DNA from: an uncultured Nitrososphaeraceae archaeon
GTDB taxonomy: Archaea > Thermoproteota > Nitrososphaeria > Nitrososphaerales > Nitrososphaeraceae
Direction of reading: 5' to 3'
Assembly (NCBI GenBank): GCA_963837175.1
Contig: CAWIMJ010000046.1
Location: 73,034-137,033 of the forward strand
Length of the DNA stretch: 64,000 bases
A program made the position numbers and the translations under genes. Positions 45,124 to 56,071 of the stretch are shown here, one piece after another. Within the stretch, counting starts at the first letter, position 1. Each line of letters opens with the position of its first letter. Under the pieces are notes generated by a model. It saw nothing but the letters and a program-made list of their open reading frames with translations, made no database searches and was not told the DNA's origin.

Positions 45124-45945
45124 ATGGGCATGCAAGAAATTAAAAGAAAGTTTGTTGTTCCAGGTGACAGGATCACTGAAGGAAATGTCAGGCCCTCAAT
45201 GAACGTAATTAAAATAGGCAATTCTATTATTGCTACTCGAATCGGGATTGCAGAAGCAGGAAGAGATGGCATTAAGGTTATACCACTATCTGGTGTTTAC
45301 ATTCCTCGAGTAAATGATATAGTAATAGGCAAGATTACCGATCACTCTTCACTTTCTTGGGAAGTAGACATTAACTCTTGCTTTTCTGGCCATTTACCCG
45401 CACAGGATGTTTTTGGAAGAGACTTTTCTCCAGCTAGGGATGATATGGGCAGACAGTTGGCAATAGGAGATTTAATCACAGCAAGAATTATTGTATTTGA
45501 TAGGACAAGAGATCCTATGTTAACTATCCAAGACAAGGATCTAGGAAAGATCCCTCGTGGAGAATTCTTAAAAATTTCTGCAACACGTGTTCCGCGTCTA
45601 ATTGGAAAGCGTGGTTCTATGATACAAACAATCGAACAGGCCACACAAACAAGAGTTTTAATTGGTCAAAATGGAATTGTAGTCGTTACGGGTAGAAATC
45701 CAGAAGGAATAAAACTAGCCGTCAGAGCTATTAGAATGGTTGAAGAAGAAGCTCATACATCAAACCTTACACAAAGAGTCAAAGTTTTGTTGAATGTGCC
45801 TGATACTGCTCCTCCACAGCCAACAGAAGGGGGAGCGTCAGTAACTCAGATTGAAAAAGGTCAGAAGGTGGAGGAGATCCAGTCAACTATTCAAGAAGTA
45901 GAAGAAGAGATAAAAGAAGAAGTAGAAAAAGGTGAAAAATTATAA
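45124..45945 (+). CDS. rrp4: Exosome RNA-binding protein Rrp4
   Basis: VVPGD, PLSGVYIPRVND.VIG (S1), KH domain RVPRLIGKRGSMI, GQNG. Confidence 0.95.
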   Translation: MGMQEIKRKFVVPGDRITEGNVRPSMNVIKIGNSIIATRIGIAEAGRDGIKVIPLSGVYIPRVNDIVIGKITDHSSLSWEVDINSCFSGHLPAQDVFGRDFSPARDDMGRQLAIGDLITARIIVFDRTRDPMLTIQDKDLGKIPRGEFLKISATRVPRLIGKRGSMIQTIEQATQTRVLIGQNGIVVVTGRNPEGIKLAVRAIRMVEEEAHTSNLTQRVKVLLNVPDTAPPQPTEGGASVTQIEKGQKVEEIQSTIQEVEEEIKEEVEKGEKL

Positions 45946-46685
45946 TGACCCAAACAAGAAATTTAATTGATGAAAATGGAAGACGAACTGATGGCCGCAC
46001 TGCCGATGAACTACGGGAAATCAAGATAACTGTAGGTGTAGTTAAAAATGCAGACGGTTCGGCTTTCATAGAATTTGGTAAGAATAAAATCGTCGCAGCG
46101 GTTTATGGTCCAAGAGAAGTACATCCAAAACATATGGCACTTCCAGACCGCTGTGTTCTACGATGCAGATATCATATGTCTCCATTCTCTACTGATACTC
46201 GCAAGAACCCTGCTCCATCAAGAAGAGAAATTGAAATTTCCAAGGTAATGAGAGAAGCATTAGAACCAGCATTGATGTTGGAAGATTATCCACGAGCTGC
46301 AATAGATGTATTTGTTGAGGTTTTACAAGCAGATGGCGGTTCAAGATGTGCCGGTATTACGGCCGCATCTATCGCGTTAGCTGATGCAGGTATCAATATG
46401 CGTGACATTGTAGCATCATGTGCTGCAGGTAAAGTTGACGAGAAAATTGTTCTTGATATTAATGATACCGAAGACAAAGAAGGCGGAGCGGATATGCCAG
46501 TTGCATATATGCCACATCTTGAACAAGTAACACTTTTACAACTTGACGGCATATTAAGCCATGAACAGTTTGACGAATGTGTAGATAAGGCAATAAAGGG
46601 TTGCGAGATAGTTTATGAAATCCAGAGGCAGGCATTAATGCAAAAATACTTTGGTAATGAAACGGAGTTGAAAGAAGAACAATGA
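45945..46685 (+). CDS. rrp41: Exosome exonuclease Rrp41
   Basis: GRRTDGR..DELR, AVYGPRE, PSRREIE, ADGGSRCAG, EDKEGGADMP. Confidence 0.96.
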   Translation: MTQTRNLIDENGRRTDGRTADELREIKITVGVVKNADGSAFIEFGKNKIVAAVYGPREVHPKHMALPDRCVLRCRYHMSPFSTDTRKNPAPSRREIEISKVMREALEPALMLEDYPRAAIDVFVEVLQADGGSRCAGITAASIALADAGINMRDIVASCAAGKVDEKIVLDINDTEDKEGGADMPVAYMPHLEQVTLLQLDGILSHEQFDECVDKAIKGCEIVYEIQRQALMQKYFGNETELKEEQ

Positions 46686-47507
46686 GCTCATCAAAACGTT
46701 CAACAATAATAGTAGAACATTTACGAAGACAGCAAATGTGGGATGCAATTTCAAAGGGAAAAAGACTTGATGGAAGGAATTTAGATGATTTAAGGCCGCT
46801 CGAGATTGAATTAGATATTATTAAGAAAGCGAACGGCTCTGCAAAGGTAAAATTAGGTAATTCAGAAGTAATTGCAGGGGTAAAAATTGAGACAGGAGAG
46901 CCATTTGAAGGACTTGAAAACAAAGGTGCATTAATCCTGTCTGCAGAAGTACTCCCTACAGCATCGCCTTATATTGAACCCGGTCCTCCAGATGAAGAGA
47001 CCATTGAACTTGCAAGAGTGGTAGATAGAGGTATAAGGGAGTCGGAAATGATAGATCTAGATAAATTGGTTTTAGTTCCTGGCAAAATAGTTTATACGAT
47101 ATTTGTTGATTGCAGCATCATCAATGCAGATGGTAATCTGTTTGATGCTACGTCCTATGCAGCAGTTTCGGCATTGGCTAGTAGTAAAGTTCCTATCTTC
47201 GAAATGCAAGATGACAAAGTAGTTCATAGTGGCAATAATCAAGACCCACCAATCACTACAATACCGATATCAATCACAGCAATACGAATTGGGGAAGCAG
47301 TAATTTTAGATCCCACATCTGAAGAAGAAGCATGTATGAATGCAAGAATCACCATAACAACAAATTCCAATGGGGACTATACTGCCATACAGAAAGGATC
47401 GACAGGTGCTTTTACTATTGAACAGATAAAGAAAGGCAGCAGAGACAGCAAGAAATAAAGGAGAGGAAGTACGAGCCAAATTAAAGGAGTTGACTAAAGA
47501 TGGTTAA
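46682..47507 (+). CDS. rrp42: Exosome protein Rrp42 (indel at ~47435)
   Basis: GKRLDGR, KANGSA.V.LG, EPGPPDE..ELARVVDRGIRES, DGNLFDA, LDPTSEEE; the shifted frame continues to a stop at 47507. Confidence 0.95.
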
Positions 47508-47739
47508 GAGAAAGAAACAAGCTCATGTTGCGCTCAAAGGTTTAGGCATAAAATTTGGAGCTACTGTACGTAAAAGATACGGAATGGCATACAATACATT
47601 GAAGCAAAAGCGACGATGCCCATCTTGTGGTTCACTGCGATTCAATAGGATTGCAGCTGGTATATGGTGTTGTCAAAAATGCCGTTATAAAGTTGCAGGT
47701 GGAGCATATGACATCAACACCGAAAAACTACAAATCTAA
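47500..47739 (+). CDS. rpl37ae: 50S ribosomal protein L37ae
   Basis: GIKFGATVRKR, CPSC, GIWCCQKC, AGGAY. Confidence 0.93.
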   Translation: MVKRKKQAHVALKGLGIKFGATVRKRYGMAYNTLKQKRRCPSCGSLRFNRIAAGIWCCQKCRYKVAGGAYDINTEKLQI

Positions 47740-47980
47740 TATGAAAATTTCTTTTAAGAATAAGTCAGTAACCACACAAAGTCGTATTGCAAAATGTATT
47801 TGTGCTGCACTCAAACCCGATACAAAGCTTTCATCTAATTCAAGTGAAAAAATAAAAATTTCATCGGATGCTTCTAATGTATTTATAGAAATTGAGGCAG
47901 ATAATATTTCAAGCCTCCGTGCTAGTATCAATTCATATTTAAGACTTATTAATACCTCTTACAAATGCATAACAAATTAG
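47708..47980 (+). CDS. pcc1: KEOPS complex subunit Pcc1
   Basis: ALKPD, IEIEADNISSLRASINSYLRL; position between L37ae and prefoldin beta. Confidence 0.85.
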   Translation: MTSTPKNYKSNMKISFKNKSVTTQSRIAKCICAALKPDTKLSSNSSEKIKISSDASNVFIEIEADNISSLRASINSYLRLINTSYKCITN

Positions 47981-48029
47981 CGGTATGATTTTATGCTGGT
48001 TACTTGCATCTAAGAATAATTGAATTATT

Positions 48030-48437
48030 ATGAGTGAACAAGAACTTCCACCTTGGCTTAGGGAGCAAGTATCACGTTTACAACAACTTCAACAGAATTT
48101 ACAAGCAATAATGATGCAAAAACAGCAAATAGAACTAGAGATTGTTGAAACCGATAGAGCTTTAGAAGAGCTGAAGAAAATAGGAATAGATGATGCAGTA
48201 TACAAAAGTGCGGGTCCCTTGCTGATAAAGGCAAATAAAGAAGACGTTTTAAAGGAACTTGAAGAAAAAAAAGAGCTGTCAAACACAAGAGTAACAGTTC
48301 TTGCAAAACAAGAGACCAGGGTAAAAGATAATCTAAAAGAAGCGGAAAATAAAATTAATCAAATGATTCGAAGTGCACAAGGTAGCGATAGTAGTAGTAG
48401 TAATAGTGGTCCTATAGCAGGTTCAAAACCAAAATAA
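48030..48437 (+). CDS. pfdB: Prefoldin beta subunit
   Basis: ELPPWLREQ..LQQLQQNLQ, ALEEL, VYKSAGPLLIK, coiled coils. Confidence 0.95.
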   Translation: MSEQELPPWLREQVSRLQQLQQNLQAIMMQKQQIELEIVETDRALEELKKIGIDDAVYKSAGPLLIKANKEDVLKELEEKKELSNTRVTVLAKQETRVKDNLKEAENKINQMIRSAQGSDSSSSNSGPIAGSKPK

Positions 48438-48572
48438 GAATAACTAAATGTAGAAATTTAGACAAGAAAGCTCAGAGAGGAGATATAGATCATTATTTCT
48501 ATAATGAGAGAGGGATAATGATGAGATGATAATAAAGTTAGATACATTAATGACAGCTGATTAAATTAAGAT

Positions 48573-49298
48573 GTGTCTGTTAGAATTGTAGTTGACGAAA
48601 GGGAAAGAAACAGTAGAATTCCTAATCTTTTACGTCAAGCAGGCGCAGTTATAGATTTTGCATATTTGAAAGTTGGCGATTATATTGTCTCGTCAGACAC
48701 TGCAATAGAAAGAAAAACCATTCACGATCTAATCAGCTCTATTTATGATGGAAGATTATTTGTGCAATGCTCAGAACTTGCTCAATACTATTCCAAACCT
48801 GTAGTGATTATTGAAGGAAATATCATAGAATTACTTGAAGTTCCTATAGTAATCGATGATGACAAATTAAAAATACTAGTAGAAAGAATTCCCTTAGCAT
48901 ATGATGCAATAGCTAAAGTAACGCTAGACTTCAGAATCCCGATTATACATACACCTTCTGCTCATTATACATCGCAGTTACTAATTACTATGGTAAATAA
49001 ATCATTACAAGAACGAAAAAATACTGGTCCTCTATTAAAGAGGATAAAAAAGGGGAACCCGCTATATGCACAACAGTTATCAATTCTCTCTTCTCTACCT
49101 GGAATAGGAGACAAGCTAGCAGTAAGAATGCTTAGAAAATTTCAGACACCCCAGCATGCACTAAATGCGTCTGTTGCAGATCTTGCAAGGATTCCAGGTT
49201 TTGGAACTGCAAGAGCAGAAAAAGTACGAAAAATTCTGGACAATCCCCATAATGAAAAGAGTGAAATAACGCAAAGAACTCTTTTAGATGATTTATAA
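48573..49298 (+). CDS. xpf: Short XPF/ERCC4 endonuclease with HhH2 domain
   Basis: VVDERE, GDYIV, ERKT..DL.SSI.DGRL..Q, LPGIG..., IPGFG, C-terminal PIP-like QRTLLD. Confidence 0.9.
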   Translation: MSVRIVVDERERNSRIPNLLRQAGAVIDFAYLKVGDYIVSSDTAIERKTIHDLISSIYDGRLFVQCSELAQYYSKPVVIIEGNIIELLEVPIVIDDDKLKILVERIPLAYDAIAKVTLDFRIPIIHTPSAHYTSQLLITMVNKSLQERKNTGPLLKRIKKGNPLYAQQLSILSSLPGIGDKLAVRMLRKFQTPQHALNASVADLARIPGFGTARAEKVRKILDNPHNEKSEITQRTLLDDL

Positions 49299-49513
49299 TC
49301 TTGACAATACGTTATCAAAAAAAGATGCTTTTATTTTCATTTTTCATTTGAAAGCGATTAGTCGATCCTCGGAGAATTAATTATACAAATATTGATTAAA
49401 AGACATTAGAATTGTCTTCCAAGCAGAAATTAGCAAGAATAAAGAATAGCACATTCTCTTTTTATCTTTCTTTAGAAACTTTTTATTATAATCCTTACGA
49501 GCCCAATATAATA

Positions 49514-50614
49514 ATGATTAATCGTCAAGAAGTTAGTAGCATTGCCGATCAATACGAATTAAGGAATATTACTATTGGCACGATAGGAAGCCATTCTGCA
49601 TTAGAAATTATGGATGGAGCTAAGGATGAAAATCTAAGAACTGTCTGCATCTGTCAAAAAGGCCGAGAAGTACCCTATCTAAGATTTAAGAGACTAACAG
49701 ATGAGGTCATGTTGCTTGATAAATTTTCTGACATTTTACTTAGAGAAAATCAAGAAAAATTGCGACAATCGAATACAATCATGATCGCAAACCGTGCTTT
49801 TACTGCTTATCTTGGCTATGATAATATCGAAAATATTTTAAAGGTGCCTATTTTTGGGAATAGACTATTATTGAGAGCCGAAGAACGCACTGCAACAAGA
49901 AATCAATACTATCTTCTTGAAAAGGCAAAGATCAGACACCCAAGGCTATATACAAAACCTTCAGATATAGACAGATTGGCGATAGTCAAAGTTCAGGAAG
50001 CAAGACGGAAATTAGAAAGAGCGTTTTTCCTAGTGTCTTCATTTGAAGATTACAAGAAAAAAGCAAAATTAAAGATCAAAGAACGTCTCATTAATGAAGC
50101 AGATCTTAACTCTGCAACTATTGAAGAATATATAATTGGGACTTATTTTAATTTTAACTTTTTTCAATCTCCATTATCAGAAGAGATGGAATTCTTGGGA
50201 ATAGAAAGAAGATTGCAAACTAATCTTCATGACTTTACTACTTCATTACCTGCTAGACAGCAGATGGAAATAGATATTGGGATACACAATATTGAAGTAG
50301 GACACACTCCAGCGAGTATACGCGAATCATTATTGGAAAAGGTGTTTGAAATGGGTGATAAATTTGCCGATGCCGTCAGGGTAGAATATCCCCCTGGAAT
50401 AATTGGACCAATTTCGTTACAGGGCATCGTAACATCAGACCTGGACTTGGTAGTATATGATGTATCACTAAGAGTTCCAGGTAATCCCATCATGGCAACC
50501 ACAAGCCCGTATACAAAATACTCTTATGGTCATACTTTTGGTGTTGGTCGAAGAATTGCAATGGAAATTAAGAATGCAATATCGCAAAAGAAAATTATAG
50601 ATATATTATCATGA
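49514..50614 (+). CDS. purP: PurP-family ATP-grasp FAICAR synthetase (DUF1246/1297)
   Basis: IGSHSALEI.DGAKDE, PIFGNR.LLRAEER, KLERAFF, GHTPASIRESLLEK, PGIIGP.SLQ, DVSLRVPG, GRRIAMEIK. Confidence 0.88.
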   Translation: MINRQEVSSIADQYELRNITIGTIGSHSALEIMDGAKDENLRTVCICQKGREVPYLRFKRLTDEVMLLDKFSDILLRENQEKLRQSNTIMIANRAFTAYLGYDNIENILKVPIFGNRLLLRAEERTATRNQYYLLEKAKIRHPRLYTKPSDIDRLAIVKVQEARRKLERAFFLVSSFEDYKKKAKLKIKERLINEADLNSATIEEYIIGTYFNFNFFQSPLSEEMEFLGIERRLQTNLHDFTTSLPARQQMEIDIGIHNIEVGHTPASIRESLLEKVFEMGDKFADAVRVEYPPGIIGPISLQGIVTSDLDLVVYDVSLRVPGNPIMATTSPYTKYSYGHTFGVGRRIAMEIKNAISQKKIIDILS

Positions 50615-50622
50615 TAATAATA

Positions 50623-51063
50623 TTATTGCTGGATTGCTTCTTCAAATAAATTCTTTCTTACTTTGATCGGGACATCATAATAAGCCGCCAAAGCAATGGA
50701 ATCTGAGGCACGATAATTTCTCAGTATCAAATATTCTTTTTTTCTACCTTTGAAATACAGATTTGCACGCAGAATAGAACCACTTTGATAAACTCTCACT
50801 TCCATCAAAAGGAGATCTTGCATAACTGCAATCTCTTCAACTAGATTATAGATTGTAGGTATGGTATTTTTATCACCCTCTTGAAACCGAGAGATATGCC
50901 TTGCAACTTCGCCAGAGAATGCACGCATTGGAAATTCTTTTCCATCTATTGTTTTTAAAATAACAACACCTTCTAGTCCGAGTTGATCTGCAAATCCAAC
51001 ATAACTTATTTTTGCCTGTATATACTCTTCATCTTCTTCTTCTGACGAAAAACCGTTAGGCAT
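50623..51063 (-). CDS. Bifunctional nuclease domain (DUF151) protein
   Basis: GVVILK, PTIYNL, RANLY, RASDSIALA...PIKV. Confidence 0.85.
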   Translation of the reverse strand: MPNGFSSEEEDEEYIQAKISYVGFADQLGLEGVVILKTIDGKEFPMRAFSGEVARHISRFQEGDKNTIPTIYNLVEEIAVMQDLLLMEVRVYQSGSILRANLYFKGRKKEYLILRNYRASDSIALAAYYDVPIKVRKNLFEEAIQQ

Positions 51064-51425
51064 GATAATTATTTATTGTATTGCTAAGAATTAAGGTTTA
51101 CAGTTGACCTGTTCTAATAATTACATCACTTTTGATAAGTCATTACATTTATCCCTTGTTTCTGATAGGTTTAACTTATCTATTCCTTTGTTGACTGCTT
51201 ATCAACTCAAGGATTATCTGTGTGCATATATGTATTGCTTTAACCTTTCATTTAATCACTTTATCATTAACTTTTCTCTTATTTTAATAAAATTCGTATG
51301 CCTTTACTTATCTATCCAATTATACTTCAAAAATAAAGTTCAAAGAAAATGCATAGAATATCTGACTCATAAGAAGTTCTTGCATGTCTTGTATTGATAG
51401 TGAGTATATACAAGTAGAAGAGGAG

Positions 51426-52253
51426 CTATGCAAAATTCAGTCTAGAAACTGATAATAACCCCTTCTCTTCAGCCATTGCAAACATTTTTTTTATTGACTT
51501 TTCCCCGATTGTTCCCATATCTATAGTTACATCATTTACATACATTTTGATAAATCTGGTTATCATATCTCGTGGTTGGCCTCTTCCATATTTCATTGCG
51601 TAATCTACTGCTGATTCAATGTGTTCAAGGCCGTAAAGAATCGATTCCCTAAACAGTTTATCAAACATCTTTATCTGTTCTAATGTCATTGATTTATTAC
51701 TTGCTACGTTAATACCCAACGGCATTGGTAGTCCGTTCGTTTCTCTAGTCCACCAGGTTGCCAAATCAAGAACAGTATGAAGACGGGAAGTGTCATACGT
51801 TATCTGTGCTTCATGAATCACCAAACCTGCATCTGCTTTATCATTTAGGACAGCTTCGGGAATCAATTGAAAAGGTATCTCCCTTTCATTAAATCTTCCT
51901 AAGGCAAGATTTAGCAATAAATTAGCAGATGTCATCTTACCTGGAATAGCAATTACACCATTTTTTAATTCAGAAAATGTTAGTTTCTTTTTAGAAATGA
52001 CGATTGGCCCATAATCTAAGCCAAAACTTCCTCCACTACGTAATATTACATAATCCTTCAAATAAGCATATGCATGGGCGGAAATAGCAGTAACATCAAG
52101 ATCATGTTTTAAGGCATATTTGTTAAGGGTTTCGATATCTTCTATTATATGTTTGATTTTAAGATCCGCTGAATACACCTTACCGCATGCAATGCCAAAG
52201 AACATAAAAGCATCATCAGCATCAGGAGTGTGACCGAGAGTTATTTCCATCAT
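51426..52253 (-). CDS. mqnD: 1,4-dihydroxy-6-naphthoate synthase (futalosine menaquinone pathway)
   Basis: LGHTPDADDAFMF, DIETLN, GGSFGLDYGP, AIPGKMTSA, GLVIHEAQITY, LPMPLG, FIKMYVN. Confidence 0.9.
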   Translation of the reverse strand: MMEITLGHTPDADDAFMFFGIACGKVYSADLKIKHIIEDIETLNKYALKHDLDVTAISAHAYAYLKDYVILRSGGSFGLDYGPIVISKKKLTFSELKNGVIAIPGKMTSANLLLNLALGRFNEREIPFQLIPEAVLNDKADAGLVIHEAQITYDTSRLHTVLDLATWWTRETNGLPMPLGINVASNKSMTLEQIKMFDKLFRESILYGLEHIESAVDYAMKYGRGQPRDMITRFIKMYVNDVTIDMGTIGEKSIKKMFAMAEEKGLLSVSRLNFA

Positions 52254-52586
52254 ATGTATATAATTCCTAGACAGAAAGAGAATAATATTTTTTTCCTTTA
52301 TAAGAGTCATAAAAAATATCATTGATTCAAAATAGTTGCATCAGATAAGACTAAACATAATCAAATAATAAATAAATATAATAATATATAATAAAACATC
52401 TTCTATAAAGAGACATTCATATATATTTAAAATTGCACGTATTTAGAACAATTTTCTCATATTCTGAAAGGAGATAATGGCTAGGTTTATTTCTTTCATC
52501 AGAACATTGGTGAAGTTGGTGTATACATACATATTGCCTTGTTATTACACAAAAAGAATAATTAATGAAACCTTTTCTACATAATA

Positions 52587-53057
52587 ATGATCGATTTGCC
52601 TTATACTCTTCTTTTTGGAAATAATTTCATCACAAATAGTCCTCTCTCTGTAAAAATGGCCAATGAAGTTTTGTTTTCACTGGGTGAGGATAGCGAAGGA
52701 CCATACTTAACAACATCGATTTTTGATTCAACTGAAAATACATTAATAAAAATCGAAAAAAATAACTGCATATTCTGTAATGAAAAATTTATTAAACAAA
52801 AAAATCAACGCGACCATGTTTTGTTAAAGGATAAGAAAGGAGAAATAATGATTGAATCCAGAGTCTTGGACAAAGAAATGATCTTAGTAAGTGGCATATT
52901 CTCTTTCAAGGAATTTGTATTGACTGCAACACAGAATTATCTTATCTTGCCAAATGGTCAATGGTTAATGCATAATAGGAGCACGGCAAACAATAGTTCA
53001 GTAACAATTACAGAATTTGGAATAAAATCAGAAATGATGATGATGATCGACCTTTAA
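52587..53057 (+). CDS. Hypothetical beta-rich protein
   Basis: Clean 156 aa ORF; no motif recognised. Confidence 0.6.
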   Translation: MIDLPYTLLFGNNFITNSPLSVKMANEVLFSLGEDSEGPYLTTSIFDSTENTLIKIEKNNCIFCNEKFIKQKNQRDHVLLKDKKGEIMIESRVLDKEMILVSGIFSFKEFVLTATQNYLILPNGQWLMHNRSTANNSSVTITEFGIKSEMMMMIDL

Positions 53058-53221
53058 TGATTCTGACATAAAATGGACTCGATCAGAAATAATTTTTTAT
53101 ATTGATATGTATATATATGCTCCAGACTTACACACACAAAAAACACAGAACAATAGGAATATTCCATTTTTTAATGTAAGGAACGTTTAATAGTCCTCCA
53201 GCAAATTTTTCGCTTGAATAT

Positions 53222-55423
53222 ATGCCCAAGTTCAAATCAACTCAGGATATTCTAAGGATTATTGGTAATAAGGAACAGATTCGTAATTTTGGTGTCATTG
53301 CCCACGTCGATCACGGCAAAACAACTATGAGTGATAGCCTTTTAGCTGCCTCAGGCATTATCTCCCCTTCTGTTGCAGGTCAAGCTTTGGCGCTTGATTC
53401 TATGAAACTTGAACAGAACCGACAAATGACTATCCGTGGAGCTAATGTTACACTATTTTATGAAAATGAAGGCAAGGAATACGTAATCAATATGATTGAT
53501 ACTCCTGGCCACATTGACTTTACAGGAAGAGTTACTCGTGCTCTAAGAGCAATTGATGGTGTTGTAGTGGTTTCTGATTCTGTTGAAGGCATTATGACTC
53601 AGACAGAAACAGTAACAAGACAAGCACTTGAGGAACGAGTTAGACCTGTTCTGTATATTAACAAAATTGACAGACTCGTAAAGGAATTAAGATTAGACCC
53701 ACCAGCTATGCAAAAATGGCTTTCGAATATAATTGCAGAATTTAACAGATTAGTTGATATTTATGCCGAACCGGAACTTAAGGAAAAGTGGAAAGTAAGT
53801 ATACAAGGAAACAGTGTTGCATTTGGGTCGGCGAAAGACAGATGGGGCTTTAATTTTAAAGTAGCCCAGAAAAAAGGTATAAGTTTCAAGGATGTTTATG
53901 ATGCTTATACTTCAGATAGTCCTGCTACTATAAAATCTCTAGCAGAAAGATCTCCATTGCATGAGGCAATTCTAGGGATGGTAGTGCAACATCATCCTCC
54001 ACCCCACGTAGCCCAACGATATAGAATCCCAAAGATCTGGCCAGGCGATTTAGAATCTGCTCTTGGAAAATCGCTTTTGGCATGTGACGAAAAGGGTCCA
54101 GTGCCGATGATGGTTACAACAATTAATGTTGACCCACAGGCTGGCAGAGTTGCAACTGGTAGACTTTTCTCAGGTACTGTCAAAGACGGTGATGAGGTCT
54201 ACCTGATTGATGCAAAAAGGCCAGGAAAAATTCAGTCAGTAAACATTTACATGGGTAATACCAGAGAAGTAGTAGGAATGTTACCTGCAGGTAACATTCC
54301 TGCATTGCTTGGACTTGATTATGCTGTGGCGGGAGAAACAATTTCGACCGTGAAAAATATTCCTGCATTTGAATCCATCAAGTATGTTTCAGAACCCGTA
54401 GTTACGATTGCAGTAGAACCAAAGCATCCAAAAGACTTGCCAAAGCTTGTTGAAGCATTACGTAGAATCACTGTGGAAGATCCAAACCTTATTGTCAAGA
54501 TTAATGAGGAAACAGGCGAGACTCTGATGGCAGGAATGGGTGTTTTGCATCTCGAAATTGCCACATCACTCTTGCAGGAAGCAGGTCTTAATATAACTAC
54601 TACTCAACCATTGATCAATTATCGTGAAACCATCCGTACAAAAGCAGGACCAATCATGAGTAAGTCTCCAAATAAACACAACAAAATATTCCTGCGCTTA
54701 GAACCGCTTGGCGAAGAAATAATTGAGCTGATAAGAAATGGTCAAATCAAAGAAGATATGGATAAGAAGGAAATGGCTAAGATTCTTCGAGGAAAAGGCT
54801 GGAATGCCGATGAAGCAAGAAATGTTGCCGCAATTGATATAAGTGGAAATCTGCTAATTGATGAAACAAAAGGTGTTCAGTTTATACAGGAATCGATGGA
54901 CTCGATCAGATCTGGCTTTGATGATGTAATTCACTCTGGTCCTATAGCTCATGAATCCGTAAGAGGTGTCAAGTTTGTATTACATCACTTTGTTCCTCAT
55001 GAGGATCCAGCTCATAGAGGTCTAGCGCAATTAATGCCTGCGACTAGAAGAGCTATGTTAGGTTCGATGTTAATCGCAGATCCAGTTTTGCTTGAGCCCA
55101 TACTTGGAATGGAGGTTAAATGTCCACAGGAACAAATTGGCACCGTCGCAGGCATATTATCAGGAAAAAGAGGTAAGTTATTGAATGTGGAGCAAAAAGG
55201 TATAATTTCAATTATACAAGGCGAAATACCAGCAGCTGAAACATTTGATCTCTCAGAGATTATGCGTGGTGGAACTGCTGGAAAAGCTATGTGGAGTACT
55301 TACTTTAAGACATGGCAGCCTGTTCCTCAATCGATATTTAGAAATATGGTTGGAGAAATAAGAAAGAGAAAGGGTTTGAATCCAGAACCACCAAGCCCAG
55401 ATGAGTTTATAGACAAAGAATAA
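53222..55423 (+). CDS. fusA: Translation elongation factor 2 (aEF-2)
   Basis: AHVDHGKTT, DTPGHIDF, NKID, GMGVLHLE, KSPNKHNK, diphthamide loop HEDPAHRG. Confidence 0.98.
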   Translation: MPKFKSTQDILRIIGNKEQIRNFGVIAHVDHGKTTMSDSLLAASGIISPSVAGQALALDSMKLEQNRQMTIRGANVTLFYENEGKEYVINMIDTPGHIDFTGRVTRALRAIDGVVVVSDSVEGIMTQTETVTRQALEERVRPVLYINKIDRLVKELRLDPPAMQKWLSNIIAEFNRLVDIYAEPELKEKWKVSIQGNSVAFGSAKDRWGFNFKVAQKKGISFKDVYDAYTSDSPATIKSLAERSPLHEAILGMVVQHHPPPHVAQRYRIPKIWPGDLESALGKSLLACDEKGPVPMMVTTINVDPQAGRVATGRLFSGTVKDGDEVYLIDAKRPGKIQSVNIYMGNTREVVGMLPAGNIPALLGLDYAVAGETISTVKNIPAFESIKYVSEPVVTIAVEPKHPKDLPKLVEALRRITVEDPNLIVKINEETGETLMAGMGVLHLEIATSLLQEAGLNITTTQPLINYRETIRTKAGPIMSKSPNKHNKIFLRLEPLGEEIIELIRNGQIKEDMDKKEMAKILRGKGWNADEARNVAAIDISGNLLIDETKGVQFIQESMDSIRSGFDDVIHSGPIAHESVRGVKFVLHHFVPHEDPAHRGLAQLMPATRRAMLGSMLIADPVLLEPILGMEVKCPQEQIGTVAGILSGKRGKLLNVEQKGIISIIQGEIPAAETFDLSEIMRGGTAGKAMWSTYFKTWQPVPQSIFRNMVGEIRKRKGLNPEPPSPDEFIDKE

Positions 55424-55691
55424 TAGAAGAAAAGACTCTATACACCTATATATGTATATATAGATATATGTACATACACACACCTTCCTTTTCTGATTTT
55501 TATATATTTCAAATTGTTCTCCTTCTTCTCCTCCTTCTCCTTCACCTCCCCACTATCAGACATTTTTGTTATTGTTGTTGTTATTTAATGATGATTGTAA
55601 TAACTACCCTCAGATATTGATTAATATTTATTCATTAGATATGGATGGACAATAATTACAAAATATGCCATACAATACAAGAAATACTCGT

Positions 55692-55880
55692 CTATTTTAT
55701 GCGTCCTTCATTACGCAATTCTGCTAGTATTTTCATTAATGTATCATAATCTATATCGACTTCGTTAAGAATAAAAGAATGTTCTACTTTTCCAAATCTT
55801 TTAATAAATTTCTCAACTGCTTGTTTTTTCTTTTGATATAGCCTTTTCTGCAGCATCAGATTCAGCATCATCATCATCAT
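55692..55880 (-). CDS. Small putative winged-helix protein
   Basis: VEHSFILNEVDIDYDTLMKILAELRNEGRIK C-terminus; start uncertain (poly-ATG tract). Confidence 0.5.
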   Translation of the reverse strand: MMMMMLNLMLQKRLYQKKKQAVEKFIKRFGKVEHSFILNEVDIDYDTLMKILAELRNEGRIK

Positions 55881-56071
55881 AATATATTATTATTATTATA
55901 TTTTCATAATCTATGGAGACCTATTATAGGTTGATTGTATGCGTGTTTTATAATATAGATAGAGAGACACGCCTAAAAGTAAATTAGTATATTTATAAAA
56001 TAGATAAAATTAAATTATTTAGGCCTTGCTATTCCTAATAGTTATAAATATAATTACATCATTTAACTTGT

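Noticed and set aside
35786-47507. Programmed frameshifting or true pseudogenes in psmB, thyX, amt, rpoD and rrp42
   Set aside because: These are conserved core genes, the breaks have no slippery sequences, and they share the GCWGC context; consensus error is far more parsimonious.
51104-51397. 97-aa plus-strand ORF between DUF151 and mqnD
   Set aside because: Non-ATG start and low-information F/L/I/Y/N composition typical of AT-rich non-coding DNA.
53222-55423. Atypical EF-2 paralogue lacking the diphthamide site
   Set aside because: The HRG loop is intact; this is a canonical aEF-2.
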